Source of the DNA: Haplodiscus bocki
Taxonomy: Eukaryota
DNA: 64,000 nucleotides
Direction: 5' to 3'
NCBI GenBank assembly: GCA_965655095.1
Contig: OZ296651.1
Location: 40,858,001-40,922,000 of the forward strand
Shown here: positions 1 to 14,800 of the stretch, one piece after another
Layout: every line of letters starts with the position of its first letter
Numbering within the stretch: position 1 is the first letter of the stretch
Program-made: the position numbers and the translations under genes
Notes under the pieces: model-generated
Databases searched by the model: none
The model's input: only the letters and a program-made list of their open reading frames with translations
Told to the model about the DNA's origin: nothing

Positions 1-3000
1 AGAAGTCAAGTTGGTTTAAAAATTATGAATTTTGTGTTATTTCCCAAATTGAGCTATTTTTTTCACGGTCAAAAATAAACTTTTCTTCTATGTCTTGATT
101 CTTCATTTTCTTCCTTAGCACGTCAATTTTTGACAAAACATAAACTTTTCGGAGACTTTTGCATTGTCTGAAAAAATACCGGAAACATTGATAATTCAGT
201 GATGAAAAATAACTTGTTGTTGATGTATTTTTTGCAACATCCGCTTTTCTGGCTCACAATTATACTTTTCACTTTTTAGCCGCGCATGCAGCCTAATTGA
301 GTACAAGACGTAAAAACTAGAGCGTTTCTTTCCGAACTTCAAAAAATTGTGTCACGAAATGATGTCTTTAGTGTTTCATAGTCGAACGAAATCTAGTTAG
401 TTAGACTGAAAAGCTAGTTTTCCTTGTTTTTCAAATTTTTCTGCAATTCTGCTTTCATTAACAACATTATGCAGCGTGTCCCGACCAAAACAGCAGGAAG
501 CACAAATGTAGTTCGAGGCAAGCAATGGATTTTTAGTGGGGTTTTTCGATAGAATTAAGTGGCGATTTGTTGCTATAATGTACAACAGAATAGCTATTGT
601 ATATTAAAAGTTTTTTCACACAATGTGTGATGTTTCTCGAAAGTCTAAATATACAGACTTTCCTGTGGGCAAAATTAAACATTTGATAACCCTGCTTTCT
701 TTCATTCTCTCGAAAAAGTAGAATGAGTATGCCTGATTTAACTTTCATCGGGACATTTCTGGTTTCTTCATGATACGTTGGTCGAATACCCCACCTTCTC
801 CACCGAATTATTCAATTTGCAGCCGAACTAGCTTTGCCGAGTTTTCAAGCTCAATTATTATCGATTTTGATATTCTGTTAGCATCTACTTTTAAACAATT
901 ATCCGATTCCTTCTTTGGTTAACTCCCACAATGCATCTCAAAAAGTCAAATGCAGACTGTTTCTTTTTGAAAGTACTAATTTTGATGATTAGCCTCCGAC
1001 TGAAAAGCTGAAAAGCTGGTACTTGAAGAATTTGTGCATTACAATCTGCGTTGCATGGCGACTTTCTCGTATCGTGATTGGTCTTCTATGGAGTTCTTCT
1101 TGGATGTTATTTCATTTCAGAGGCGGCCATATTTAAAATCAATTTTGAACAGTGGAATAGTATTGTCTATCAGGTATTACTCATCAAAGGTGTCTTATTA
1201 CGAAGCCGCGTTCCTCGGATGACGGCTTATGTAAATCGTCAAAAGTAGACGTTTCCCGATCTAAGTCTTATCAGAATATCGAAGTGCGATAAGCGGTCGA
1301 GTAACTTGGTTTTCCTAGAATATTCATTTGGTTCACCGTAAAAAACCATCCAAGTTATTTTAGCCCCAGACTAAAATTGTCAATTTGGAATCGAAGTGTG
1401 CAAGATCAGGTAGTTCAGTTTTTTTAATTTTCAATTGCGTTGTGGTGTTCCAGCGACCCTTCTGACGTAAATTTTTTTCCATCAGTAAATGTCACAAAGT
1501 CTCCATTTGAGCAGAAAATCTTTCAAAGTTTTTGACAAACACTGTATGGCCTCCCCAGAAGATCCTATTTGTTTGCTTCTCTTTTTTGAGTATTTTTTTA
1601 TGAACGTTAGTTTTTTATGAATTGGCCTAAGTCCGCTTCCCTCTTGAAGCCTTCCTACCAACGACCTCTCAATCGGTATTCCAGGCGTTTTGACGTATCT
1701 AGGCCTTCCAATAAATCTTTCCTGTGTTGATCCTGCATCATTTTGTTACGACCAAGATTGCATTTAGCAATGGCCAATGCTTGGTGTATGATTTCAAAGA
1801 ATACAGTTGGAAAGTCTGGCAATCCGTACAATCCCTTCAACTATCTGATTTTTTCTTTCAAATAAAAACCGGATTTTTTTCAAAAGTTATTCCATATCCC
1901 GGCCATCTAATTCGTCTTTGGTGATTTGATGTGTGTTCATTCGCATGTTTATCTCCTGCTCTTTGTCTAATCTTAATATTGCATGTAAACTTTTCTTGGT
2001 GGTTGATAACGGTGCATACAATTTTTTGTCTCTATTCATTACTTCCGCTTGTGTTTCTCCGTTGACTTCAAACGTACATCTCCGGAGTTGGTTATCGGTT
2101 GTGATAATTTCCTGCCAGTGTATTTTTACTGGGGACTAACGTCACCAGTGATCCTGTGTCGATGATAGCTTGAATGGTCTGCTATTGCACAATAGCCTTG
2201 CCGTGAAAGAACTGCGTGATTTTTCTCCCTTGCAGTCGCTTTTTTCTTTCGGTATTTCAGTATTGAACTTTATTTTATTCTGTGTCAATTATCTTTACTG
2301 GCAATTGGCGCCACTTCATCTTCCGGGTTGTTTACATTAGTACTCATTCAACCAACTTTGGCGTAGTTAGTGTCCATTTTTTTCAACGTTGCGGCAATGT
2401 GATCTTTCGTCGCACAGTCATCAAAATTTGACAAAATAGTCTTTGATTTTTTTTGTTTCTCATTTTCCTCGGTCGACTTTATCCATCGTTCCGTTCCCCT
2501 TTCCCTTGTACAAAGAAGCTTCTTTCAGTTAACGGCTGAGTCCATGCAGTCAACTATTCTCTCGTAAAAATTTTCTTCCTGCGTCAGTTCCGCTGATGGT
2601 ATCGATTTCTATATCACTCTTCTTTATTTATTCAGATCTCCATGTCCCGGTCACTTGCTGATTACAGATACATATAATTCGGTTCCTGTTACAGTTATCA
2701 ATTCACAGTTTTTTCTACTTCCAACAAAACTACCCACTTGTTTGCTGGTCTTTTCAACTGGCTTCTCATTATCGTAAGATTTCGATTTTTCTGTTATGTG
2801 TCTTGAAATGCGAGGTGATTGGCAATGGGAACAAACTTTATTGCGTGTTTAGGATGATGAGCTCAATTTCCTTTCTGCAACCTTCCTGATCATTTTTGTT
2901 ACAAGAGTTCTCCCAGTACCCAAATAAAAACTTCTTAATCTGTTCGTCGAGTTGATCTCCATTCTGTTGTTTAATCTTCTTGTCGGAAGTAATTTCCGCC

Positions 3001-4300
3001 AAGTACATTTTGTGTGTCATCTTTACGTTCTGTATAAAGGGGCCCCCAGGGTAGTTTGACACTTCGGTAATTCGTTTTGTCCAGAGACGGAACTGGTCTC
3101 CTTCGAATTGCAATCGGTTTGTGAAGCGTCACTCGCTGTTGTTTTGTTTTTGTGGGTTAGAATCATTTGAACTCCGTTTTCCTCTGAATTGGTTTTTGGC
3201 ATAGTTCTTATCTCGTAAAAAATTGTGGAAATTGCGTAAAAATTGCGGTTTTTCTGATTTGGCCATGATGTATATCTTGCTAAGAAAGATGAAAATTTTG
3301 GTGCGATGTCCTAGTTCAAACTTTTTCCTTGCAAAGTTTATAAATCGACGATATTTATCGCATTATACTTTTAGGTATCAGTTATGTATCAGAATAATAT
3401 GGAGCCTAAATATACATAGATTGCATAATCTTTTTCTCCTCACTCGTCAATGGACATTTTCATTGCGTTAACGACATTTGTACCCAGAAACTAATAGATA
3501 TTTCTTTTCCTACAATGTTGGTTTAATTAGTGTTTCGGTCAATCAAAAAATTTGTGTTGATTTTTTGAAGTTTATAAAAGTCCACCTACTGCATTGGCCA
3601 GTGTCTTCAAGCACGCACATGATTTCTGTGGCAATCGTCCTCTCAACTCAGCATTTAAGCCCTGATCTGTATTCAAGCTATTAGTTGTCAACGAAAAGAA
3701 TATATTATTTCTCGTTTTTTCGTCAAATTTCTGTTCATGGTTTTTCCCCCTCGAGGTAAAGATATTCGTTCTCTGTACACAATGTTACACGCCGTGGTTC
3801 TATTAATTTTCAATTCTTTTCGCCACCTTTCAAAAATTTTCTCCACTTGAGTAGCTGTTTGTGTACGTTCCTTGTTGAGATAGACAGTTTTTTGATAACG
3901 TTGACGTGGCATTTTCAATTTTTTTGCCAGAGAAATGAATTGTTTGTGTTTTGGTTATCGGTCTTGACTTTGAACTTCCATTTTTGAATGAACAGCTGTT
4001 TGTTGGACTTGATTTTCACATTGTTAAATTTGATCTTTCGGCATGACATATTTGATTTACAAAAGGCATGCAGTCAATAGAGAATCGATGGAAACCGATT
4101 TGTTTGATGAAAAATCCAAGGAAATGAATTTCTATCAATTCACGTTCAAACCGGGGAAAACTTGCAATAATTCGGTTGTGAAATGTTTTGAAGCGCAAAA
4201 TCGTGCACTTTGAAATACTTCGAAGTAAATTTTGTGTCAGGTATGTTCTACAATCAAATATCAGAAACGCAAGGTTTCGTTCATTTTCTAAAATAAAATG
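1..4300 (-). mobile_element. Highly decayed Ty3/Gypsy LTR retrotransposon internal region (gag-PR-RT-RNaseH-IN), running off the window start
   Basis: Minus-strand remnants in Gypsy order: protease AIIDTGSLVTLVP (~2130-2170), RT motif KGLYGLPDFPTVF (ORF 1655..1840), RNase H tail LLDRLSHFDI (~1275-1325). Many stops and frameshifts; no LTR found; left and right limits approximate. Confidence 0.7.
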
Positions 4301-5449
4301 AATTTTATAAAGTTCCATGTTTTGTCTGAAAGACAACGTATTTTTTTTAGCACATTTGGAAGGTCGGGATTTTTCCTGTGCTGGCCGCGCTTCATGTTCA
4401 TATTACAAGTTGTAATATCAGAATCTCACAAACCTGGTGTGTTTACTTACAGGCAACAGTTTGCATTGATGGACAATTTTTGAATAGATTTTTAAGCGTG
4501 GAAGTAAGTTAATTTAGCTATAAATGTGTTTGTACAGAATTGATTGATGACCTAATTGAAATGCAACCACATGCGGACATTACATTTATGAAGATGAGTT
4601 ATAAAAACACGAGAGCCAACGGTTTGCCGTATCTTGTCAAATGCACTGAAATTGCCTTTTAAGGAAACAATATGTCGTTTTTCAGGTATCGCATCCGTTT
4701 AAAAAAGGAAATTATAGTACGTTTTTTGCGGGAACTTACTTCACAACTTTCTAACAAAATATAGTGAAGATTGAGCTGATTGAAATTTTGGTGTATTGAT
4801 CCAGCGTTTCGGTAACTGTTTTCTCAAAAAGAATTTCTAAATTAAGGAATTGAGCAAAAGAATTTTAAGCAAAGGTTTTTACCAAACCACGTGAAATAAA
4901 ATTTAGTTTCACGTGTGTAAGTGGTGACGCAACTGAACTGTTGTGCTTTTTCCACTGCAAGCCAGTTCAAGAAAGAAAAGGATCATTAAAAATTAATCTA
5001 GTTTCATTGCATTTGTGAATACACATTTTTAAATGCAAAGGTTTCTTCTGCACGCGAAAAAAGTTTGAAGATTTTTAGGTAGTCGGAAAATAATTCACAT
5101 GCTTGTTGGTCAGCTACCAAATCTAATTCACAGCATTTTGTCACACTAATAATTCGAGCAGTTGACTAGAATTCTATATTCTGCCTAACTAACACCCTCT
5201 GCACCCCAGTGATTCAAATCCCCTATGAAAAATGGATGATTGAATTAGTATTCAGTGTAATGGCTGCCAAGATGATACTAGCGTCTCTGATATTTGAAAA
5301 ATCTCTCGCTACTGGGTTGCGTTACACTCCTGGCAAGGAAAGTGCACTCAGAATGTACCCCATACGTTTAATTAACATAGTACCTTTTTCTGATAAGAAT
5401 ATTATGTCAATTTACTTCGTCACCTTACTGCCCCATCGACATTAAAATT

Positions 5450-6230
5450 CATTTCACCCATATTTCACTCACCATTAATTTTCATTTCTACACAAAACAT
5501 ATTCTAGTCCCCGTATTGGATAATACCTATCCAACTATCATTATCATAAGAAACACCTAAAACAACTTCACTTTGTTTATATAGCTCATAAACATCCCTT
5601 AAAATCAACCATAACGGGTGCTTGAGGTTACAGCGGAAACCTTTGACACTGATTTAAATCATCAACCAACCAAAATTCACCCTCAAATTACCTTACCTAC
5701 ATCATACAAAAAGAGCAGATTCTCTTCGAAGATTGGAAGAAAATTGGTGGGTCTTCTCCACCTTTTCCTTCTCCAAAAGGCAAATGTTTTTCATTAATCT
5801 CGAAGTTCACTCACAGCAAGTTTGATAACAATCTCCAACATTTTCAAAACTTCAAAACTTTTTTCAACACCGCTCTCAGCAATTTCAAAAGGAAAAACAA
5901 CGGTTGATTGAAGCGCTCAATTCCCGTTGGACGAAAAGGCATGAACCGATCTACCTGCAAGTGACGAAGATATTGGGTTGCAATGCTTGAAGTTTGACCA
6001 CTATTTGACTTGCCCGACAAACCACTCAAAAAAGTTCCCCAGAACATCAACAAAACAACAAAAGTTTTTTTCCCAGTCTGCCCCAATCCATTCGATTTAT
6101 GCCCAATAAGGTCACCCATGTCGGGCACACGCGAGTCAACAACCCAGTCAAACAGGATGTCAGCGAGATTTATTCTGACAGTAGTTTCCGACAGACACAC
6201 GCTCTACAAGTAACACTCACAAAATGCCAA
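5450..6230 (+). mobile_element. Possible decayed 3' fragment of a non-LTR retrotransposon ORF2
   Basis: LQHFQNFKTFFNTALS near 5830-5880 resembles the post-RT 'LQ..QN.ALR' motif. Weak, single-motif evidence. Confidence 0.25.
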
Positions 6231-6949
6231 ATATCAACTCAATAATACGAGAAATGCAAAGACTTGCACTGCTTGCCCATACCGAACATAACACCAAGTA
6301 AATGGTTGTCGCGTATGAGGCAAGTCATACATTTGGTTTATCATAGGAACAGTCACGGATTACTTATAGTAAAATGTCGAGACTGCAGAACCGATCAGAC
6401 GTCACCATACCAAACAACGAGTTTTTTTGTAATTTCTTCATTGCGGAGTATTCAGTTTTAACCCGGGAGAGTGTCAATAGGTTTCGTCTGTGACGGACAA
6501 ATCTATCAACTGACTCAAAGAAATTGATGCTAAGGGTCAAACTGATTCACTTTAATCCTCTTCGAGGAATCAGACTATGGTGGCACGTTAAGAATGCATG
6601 AAAATCCATATATGTTTTTTCCCTATTTACAAAAACTACCAATGTACTTTATATTTACAAAAGTAGAGGTCAATCCTTAGCGACGTTATCAATGCAGTAG
6701 ACGAATGACAAATAAAGCGGCAAAAAACTATAAGGCAGTGATTTTGTGCTGAATTGGGTAACAAATTGCTCCATTCCTGTTGACTGAATTAGTGTAAACC
6801 TGCTTTGCTCTAAATAATAGTTTTAGAAGTGATTCAAACGTATCATGTGAGAATAAGCATCATTGACGCGGTTTTGAAGTCGCTGACGACAGCCAAGGCA
6901 TTTAACGGACTTCATGTAAAAAGCACGTCAGAAAAACAGAAAGTTAAAA

Positions 6950-7950
6950 CAATGAGGAATTGATGCTAATGAAACAGTATCGACAAAAAAAACAAAAACC
7001 TAAGGTAATAGACCATATTTTTGATTTTCTGTTCCAATAAGTGCAATCTTTCAATCTTTTACTATGACGCTTCCATAAAGCTGTCTTGAAAATCTAAAAA
7101 CGGTAACATGATAATGTATTGTCTATGACTTCTGATTTTATAAACGGTTCCCAACTACAAATTGCAGCAACATTTGTAGACAAATTATTTGCATTTGGTA
7201 CCTGTTTTTTGAGTACTCTATTACATTCTATGGTTTTCAATTTTTTACGTCAACCATTTCTATTTGTTTGTAATTGTACCTTCCCACTCCCTGATATGTA
7301 AATGGGAAGTAAAAGTCTGCAATCAACATTTTCTGACAGCATTTTTTGCATAAGGAAGGCAGTAGTATTGAGTATTGACTCACTCTTGGCGTTTTACCTC
7401 TTCTTTTTTTGAAACATGTTTTGCCAATTTACATTTCTCCAATTTCTTCATCTCAAATTACTTTTTGGTTTGGCTTCTGTGTTTCTTGATTTTGAAGCGT
7501 TAAAAAAGGAGCTCATTGGTTGTTTCGTTTTTTTTTGCGATAACCTTTACGGCAAGGTTCCAAATGACCATGCCCCAAGATTTCGGCGTCCGAATGTTTT
7601 TCGCCCGGAAGATATCAGCGGAAAAAAACCGGAAAAAACGATGAAAATGTTCGGGACAATCGGTGGAGTTGACAATCTTCAGTACCAGGCGCATACGAGA
7701 GCAACCTTTGTTTCTAGAAAAGATGCACCATCAACCTTTCTACACGCCCTAATAGTTTTAACTAATTTCACTCCTACTGATTTAGAATTTCAGCGGAAAA
7801 CCTTCAAAAAAGTAGAAATCTTGTTTTCGACAAACCACTACCTGCCAAGCGAGCAACTACCTTCGCTTGTTTGAATAAACAGTCGCTTGACTATCAGTGG
7901 TCCAGGTGTGCCAGAGTTTTGGCTAATTTTTCTCACCGGTGTTTTTGCGA
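6950..7950 (-). mobile_element. Possible decayed Tc1/Tc3-like transposase relic
   Basis: Minus-strand pieces loosely match Tc3-type motifs in the expected order (GMVIW ~7560, LLP ~7360, MEA..KI ~7060). No TIRs identified. Confidence 0.3.
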
Positions 7951-9499
7951 AAAAGTTTTGCGAAAAAATTTAAAAGTTCATGTTTTGCTACTATGTGACC
8001 ATGTGCAAGGCGCCCAAGTACTTTGGTTGGCTTGAATTTTTCCTTGATTAAATATTAGTGGGTAAGTAGGCCTCTTGGGCAAGTAGACTTTCGGGGCAAG
8101 TAGACCTACCTCGGTGTTCTGGGAGCAAATTTTGCGAAAGAGCCAATTTCAAGTTTCTCTTGTTTTTTTTTTACCATCGTGGAGGTCTGGAAACAGCTCC
8201 ATTAGTTTATTTTTACCTTGACTGGAACGCGTGGGACCAGTAAAGACCACGGCATGTCAGATGAAGATTCTGAGTTTTGTTTGGTTACATTACGGTTGCA
8301 AAAGTTCATGTGTCGTTTTTCATCTTTTTTCGACATTGTTTGAGTTGACAAGTTTCTAATTTCTCACAAGGTACAACAATAAGTCCGTTTTGACAAAGTT
8401 GCCCGAAAAAACTCGTCAAGCTTGGATCGATTTTTTGGAGACGTAACTTTAATTTTGCCGAAAATTTTGAAAAAAGTTCCAAAATATAGGTTTCTTCGTG
8501 GAAAAGCTTTCGCTCGGTCTTCCTCTTGTTCTCTGGACGTCAGTGTGGCATTCCAACATAAAACTGATGGCCAAGCTTTACTTGGCAAAGTCCTTCTGGC
8601 AGATAAAACTACCTTCTCTGGTAAATATTGGCAAAAATGCCAGGAAGATATACTTTTTCGCCCAATGTTCATTTGACTCTAGGGCGGCAAAGTTCAGCGA
8701 TCAAAGCGTTTGCGCCAAAGCTTTCAAAAGGTGCGGCGTTAGTGTTGGACATGTGTTCAGCTCCTTATCAGGCTTGCAGAAAGCAGTGTGTTTTTGTTTT
8801 TTCATTTTTCATCGAAAGTTTTGTGACATCGACAAAAAAATTCTCCAGGACACCTGTATCTCATCAACCATGATACCAAGCGGGTGAATTCTGGCCCATT
8901 CAACTCGTAAAACAATTCGTACACGAGGGTTCTGCTGAACAGATGTGATTTTTTGAAGTGGGACGCTTCATCGAGACAACTTTCAGTCTTCGAATCTTCA
9001 AAAGAAAAGACTCTGATGCCCGGACGAGGTAACTTACGCACAAAGAAGTTCGTTTCGAAACAATAAATTTGACGTTTTAAATTCCACAAGAATTCTACCG
9101 CTAAAAATATTTAAAATGAACAGCGATTTTTTGAAGAACGGTACTGGTCAGTTTGAAACACCCGAAGTATTCAAGTAATGTCAAAGGTCAATCTCAACGA
9201 TACAGCTCGCATCGAAAGATCAGAAGACCAAGTTAAAACGCGGTACCCAAATACAATTCATCAGAGTTCTTTCTCCTGTGACTTTAAACCAAAACTTTTT
9301 TTCCTGTTATTTCAATGCCGAAAAATTTAAATTGCTCATTTTGGCGGTAGTAGAACTGCTGTGCATATGTCATATTTGTTCATAATGGGCAACTTGTGAC
9401 ATATGAATCTTTTATCTCTTTATTTCCAAGAATTGATTGAGTTTCTCCCCAATATGATTTCGGGGTTTTTACTCCCTGAAAATGTAAATAGTTTCTGCT

Positions 9500-10900
9500 C
9501 TACAGTGAAACTTGTTCAGCTGAGTGAGGAGATCTAGGACGGCTATTTTGCCTTGTTTTGAAAACTTTTTGAAGTCAACAATGTTTTCCAATTAAAAAAT
9601 TCTAACAAATTTATCGAAATCGTGATGGGTTGGAAAAGTTTTGGCCGCTCATTTGACGGACAAACACCATGTGGAATTCTATCCGAAATATTATGTTTGT
9701 AACCAGTGAGGTCAAGCAAATACAAAATAAAATACAATTCGAACATCTCAAAACTCAGAGCTCAACAAACATTCCCTCCAAAACTAACTTTTTCACAGCA
9801 TAAGTACCAGTTAACAGAACGAAGAGAGCAACTTCTACTAGAGCAGGCTCTCGTTCACAAATCCATAGGTTTTTTTGAATAACTTAAACAAAAGCAGCAA
9901 AAATTACATTTTTCAAAACAAAAAATGAAAGCCAAAATTAACCTGAACAACGCCACAGTTTTCTTTGACTTTTGAATCAAATTAGTGATGTATTGCAGAG
10001 TGATTTAGAGCAGCATGACAGTTTGAAACTTCATTTAGCTTCATGGGAGCTCCTTTGCAACCATAGAACCGACCATTCTAACGGAATTGAAACCTACTTC
10101 AATTCAAAAAAAAAAGAGGCGAGTTCTTCAGAAGGACTGACAACCGAAACAAATACCGCAATGAGAAACTTTTGTCACCACGCTTGTGGATGGAGCTTCA
10201 GAATGATTAAGAAATTGTTCCTCAATTTCGGCAGAAAAAAATCCAATTGCAGCAGGTTTGTTCATTCCCGTCTCTTGTGAGCTTCCTAATCAAACATTTT
10301 CACTCATTATCCGAACGTTTAAAACAAACGACTGTTTTGAAATTTGTATTAGAGTAAGAAAACATTACATGCAGGTAAATCAACACCCAAATTGTCGAGC
10401 CACTTTCGAAGAGCTTGGTAAGTTGTCACTTTTGGCGCAGAACTTTCCGTCAAATCCAAGATGTCAGAAAAATTGTAGCTCGAAATAAATTGTTTATTGA
10501 CATGTAAGTGGACTTCCTATTGATTTGCTTTTAAATGAAGATAAAGGTAACGACTTTATGAGACAACAAACAAAAAAGAAGGATGTTTCGTTGACGATAT
10601 GTTTGCGATAAAGAACTGGGGTGGTTCAACAATCACCTACTTACGTGCTCTGAACAGCCTTTTTGATTTAGATTCAAACATTACTATTTCCTGGAAAATG
10701 ATATCAGTCAGAATGCGAGTTCCCTCGGTAGTCAAGGCCGATACAGGAGCAAATACGCCAAAAGGCGCGTGAAGCACAGCACAGTTTTCTGTACTATACA
10801 AATAAGAAACCAATACCTTCTGAAAAATCAAGCTTCATACTATGCAAAAGAGGGTTAAATTGAGTGAGACAAAAAAGTTTAAGACTTCGCTTCGAAAAAC
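9500..10900 (+). mobile_element. Decayed N-terminal part of a Polinton/Maverick-type protein-primed DNA polymerase B gene
   Basis: ORFs 9972..10280 and 10258..10488 give ETYFNS...CGWSFRMIKKLFLNF and FIPVSCEL...LII...NDCFEIC. These match the 'YFNS...GSGW..I..L.I...SYIPLP..L...LLNI.N.D..CF' region of invertebrate pPolB-type proteins. Frameshifted. Confidence 0.5.
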
Positions 10901-11895
10901 TGCATAGACGATCAAGGCAAAATTTGCACGTGATCCATTATTAGCAACCATTAGCAACGGGTCCATTGAGTTCTCACGATTTCAGTCGGCGCTTTTACAT
11001 TAAAGGTGCCGACCACAAACTTCAGCCGTCTTAGGCTAAGTTTTCAATTCGTAAGTGAACTTTCTTATCAAGGATTGCGGTTACTTTTTAATAGTGTAAT
11101 TTCAGAGCATGGCCTATGTGATAGCGACTCAAACGTGCAAAACTATTGTAGGCTGCAAAGTCATTTTTAGTCAATCCTGGAATGAGCTGATTTACAAATA
11201 CATGAAATAAAATAATTTGAGAAAAGAAAAAACATTTCCACTCCAGTAAACTTTACAATTTATTTAAAATTTTCCATAATTTACCAGATGCGTTTGTTAT
11301 TACATTATTTTGTGTCCCAATTTTATTCGGCACTCGATGAGAATTATCAGCAATGAAAATTTGTAATAACAAACTCAGTTTTGGCAACTCAAAACCGATT
11401 TCAAGAAAAAGCACTTTATATTGTCATTTATAATGATATCCACATTTTTGTATAATAAAGATGGTATTCTTGAGTGGAAAGGAAAATTTCTCTTGCTTCT
11501 CATCTAAATTGACCTAACCTCATGACGAATTGACCTTTACTCTAGCTTCATATATCGAAATGGAAACAATCTCTCAATTCGTTCGTACAAGCTTAACATA
11601 CAGGCCATGTTCCACACGAAAATACAAGTACTCAATAACATTGAACTAAATACAATCCGAAATCAAGTTTTCACAATTTTTAAATAACAATGGGAAAGAA
11701 TTACAGTTAAACATGAATCGGAGATTGTTCCACTTTGTCGTATGGAACCGACCAAGAGTTGAGTCCGCTCGGGGTTCAAGTCCCCAATATTTGAATGAGT
11801 AATTAACCCCTCCGCGCCCCCACATGTTATATCAATTTTCGCCTCCGTAGCTTTCGTTTCCAGTGAATGCAGTCTGATTGATTATGGTTATTAAG

Positions 11896-14800
11896 TTAGA
11901 CCAACTTCTTAGCAATGAAGAACTTTTTGAGATGTTGAACTTGCCAGAATCCGAGACCGACCAGGATGACGAGCTGGAAAATTGCCCAGACGAGAACTCG
12001 TTGGCTGGTTGACTCGCTGGTATCTCGGAATCTCTTCTCTCGTTGCTGAAAAACCAACAAGTTATGAAGACATGCTGAAGGCTTGTTGCATCCCTTGACA
12101 TCAGCCAGTCTATTCTTCTAGTGTTTTCACCAGTTCAGCTTTCAGCCTATTCAAGAATCTTTTAGGACAAAAAGAAGTGTGCATTTGTATGCACGTCCGT
12201 CACCCATTCACCTCGATCGATAGGCTAACAGTTCTCATGACCATCGCTCTTATGACGATCCGCTCAAAAGCGTTATTGGTCGAGCCGAGCACGGCGACAA
12301 AGTATAACCGATCAATGAGATGAGCAAATGTCACAGCTTAAATTGTTGAAGTCTAGCCATTCGATAGGCTTAATGAGTTTCATTAACGTCAACCCTCTAT
12401 CTCATTTTTAGACTCTTCCCACTGATATTGAATGCAAAAACAAGCACTGCAATCATTCAATTCTCTTATCATGGAAACTATAAAAGCTTAATTCGGGGTC
12501 GTTTTCTCAGAAGCTAACGACCAACGACACCGCAATAAGCACCGAAACCCAATTAACATTAGATTTACGCTTCATCCTTCCTTCCAAAGAGAATTGACTG
12601 TATCTATTCGGTAGTTGCTTCCGGTTATAATGTCATCGTTTTTAGCATCCAGTCTGCTATAACACTGTCGTTTCGCGGTTGTTGCAGCGTCATTCGGATA
12701 CAACGTCACTTTTTGTCTCGCCCTCGGCTGATGTTATAGCCGGATTTTACTATATTCCAATTGTTCATAGGAGAATCCGGATATGTTTTTCAGCCGAGCT
12801 GGGAGCTTTTTCGAAAAACTTTTGAACTTTACGTGATTCCGGTGCTTCTCAGATACTCCATAGGGCCTCATTTTTGCCAATTTGATGGCGCCAAATTGGA
12901 GAACGAATCCCCAAAAAATGGATAATTTCTTAAAACTATGTAAATAAAACCTGTAATCATTCGATGTAATTTCTTAAAATTCTGATAACTTTTGCCCAGA
13001 GAGGCTGGCTGACTAACCCTCTGGTAGTTTTGTTCCTTGTATATTTGAGACACCTGGTCGTTGAGCTGTCTGAGCCGCAGTTGAAGTTCCGACAGTTTGT
13101 CTTTAGAAGCTATCTCCTTATAGTTGTTGGCATGCTCGCCCACTTGGATGTCCAAATACACTCTCTGAAATAAAACCAAGTGAAAAAACTCCGGAGTCAT
13201 GCATCAGTATTCAGAAATCAATTTATACATGTACTTTTGAATTCTTAAACTGTCATATAGAAAAAATTCAATTAGAAAATGCAAATTAGTTCTGTTTTCA
13301 TTTTTAAAAAACTTGGCAGAGACAGAGGGGCAATTGTCAATCAAAAACATTCTATCGGAAATGAAATGGTAGCTGTTGTAGTAAGTAAAAGTAAATTCTG
13401 TCGCCACTATTGAGAAAAACGTATAACGATTTCTTCTTCAAGTCTTACCATTTTAGCTCCTCCGAACCACTTGCTAGTGTTAGAGTAGAGACAGATAACG
13501 TGTTCTCCGCCAGTGTGAGATATGAAAGTGAATTGGCCTTGGGCCTGGTAAGTTCTGCTGAGAACCATCTTGTCATCCGGGTCTCTTACGTCTACATGCA
13601 TGCCTATTCCAGGAGCAGGTGGCAAAAAGTCACCCGTCTTCTTGTCCTCTATCATCGTCTTATAGTTTCCTACACAAAAATGTCTCTCAAGTGGTTTTAT
13701 TTTGGTAGAGGTAGTCACTCCCCTAAAACTTGACACATTTATAAAAACTAGAATGCTTGGTGACAGAATAATACATTATAAAAATGCCGACCACTCTCTT
13801 TTCCTGCTAAAGTCGTGGCAAGGAAAATCGAATTTGTAGCTTTTATTAAAAAATAACCCCGTTTCCAAAAAGACTAATGTTCAAAAGATACTTCCCTACT
13901 TTCTAGAAGCTTCCTCCGTGTGCAACCAGTTTTTTGAAACGGAATTTTTATCATCCGTAGACCATCGTGAGCCAGCCGCCTTCTAAACCTTGGTGGAGCT
14001 AAATCAGTACCTACTATTGCACAAGGAAACTGACAGAAAACAATTTACGTCTCCAAGTTTACCAGAGAAGTTCAAAAGCGGTAACTCCAAAAAAAACTAA
14101 AGGATATGTAGTAAATTTACCATGTAAAGTGAGAATAATTCAGTTTCACGTTAAAAAACACGACTTTCACACAGAGGCGAAGCAGAACTTCACAACACAA
14201 TCTGACTTGACAGTTAAGATCAAAGATCCCGAAAGACATTCGAAAGGATGATCGGAGATGTGATTGACACTTTCTAGAAAAATTACTACACCTGCTGTCA
14301 ATCACGAGTTTGCTCAAAAAAATCGAATTGATACAACTACCTGTCAAGGAGTCCCACACTCAATCATTTCATCTCTCAATGATGTACACAAAGGTACGAA
14401 AATAAAGCCAGTTCAGCAACCAGTCAAAAATGAAAAATCCGAAGATCACAGTCTTCATGCATTTGAAGTGCGAATTCTGCTTTCACACATTTGCAAAAAT
14501 GAAAGCGCTCGACAGTTTTTCGGTTGCCCACATCGTTACTTTAAGACATGCCTCGTTATCTTTGGGCCCAATTATAAAGCAACTAAATGCAAAAAATTCT
14601 CACAAAAAAAGTGACCGAAAAGACCAAAATAACTGGTTAAAGACGTTTTCAGGAGCCGAAAATATCCATAATATCTCTGCATCTCAGCCTTTCAAGGTTC
14701 ACAAAAGAGGAAAAACGGAATTTTCAGCAAAATTACAGCGAAAAAAAACGTCACATTCGAAAAAGAGAGCGAAACTTTCGACTGGAATGTTGCTGCAAAA

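Noticed and set aside
4888-4915. Inverted pair of CACGTG E-boxes
   Set aside because: Only a 9-bp arm and no associated gene or promoter evidence.
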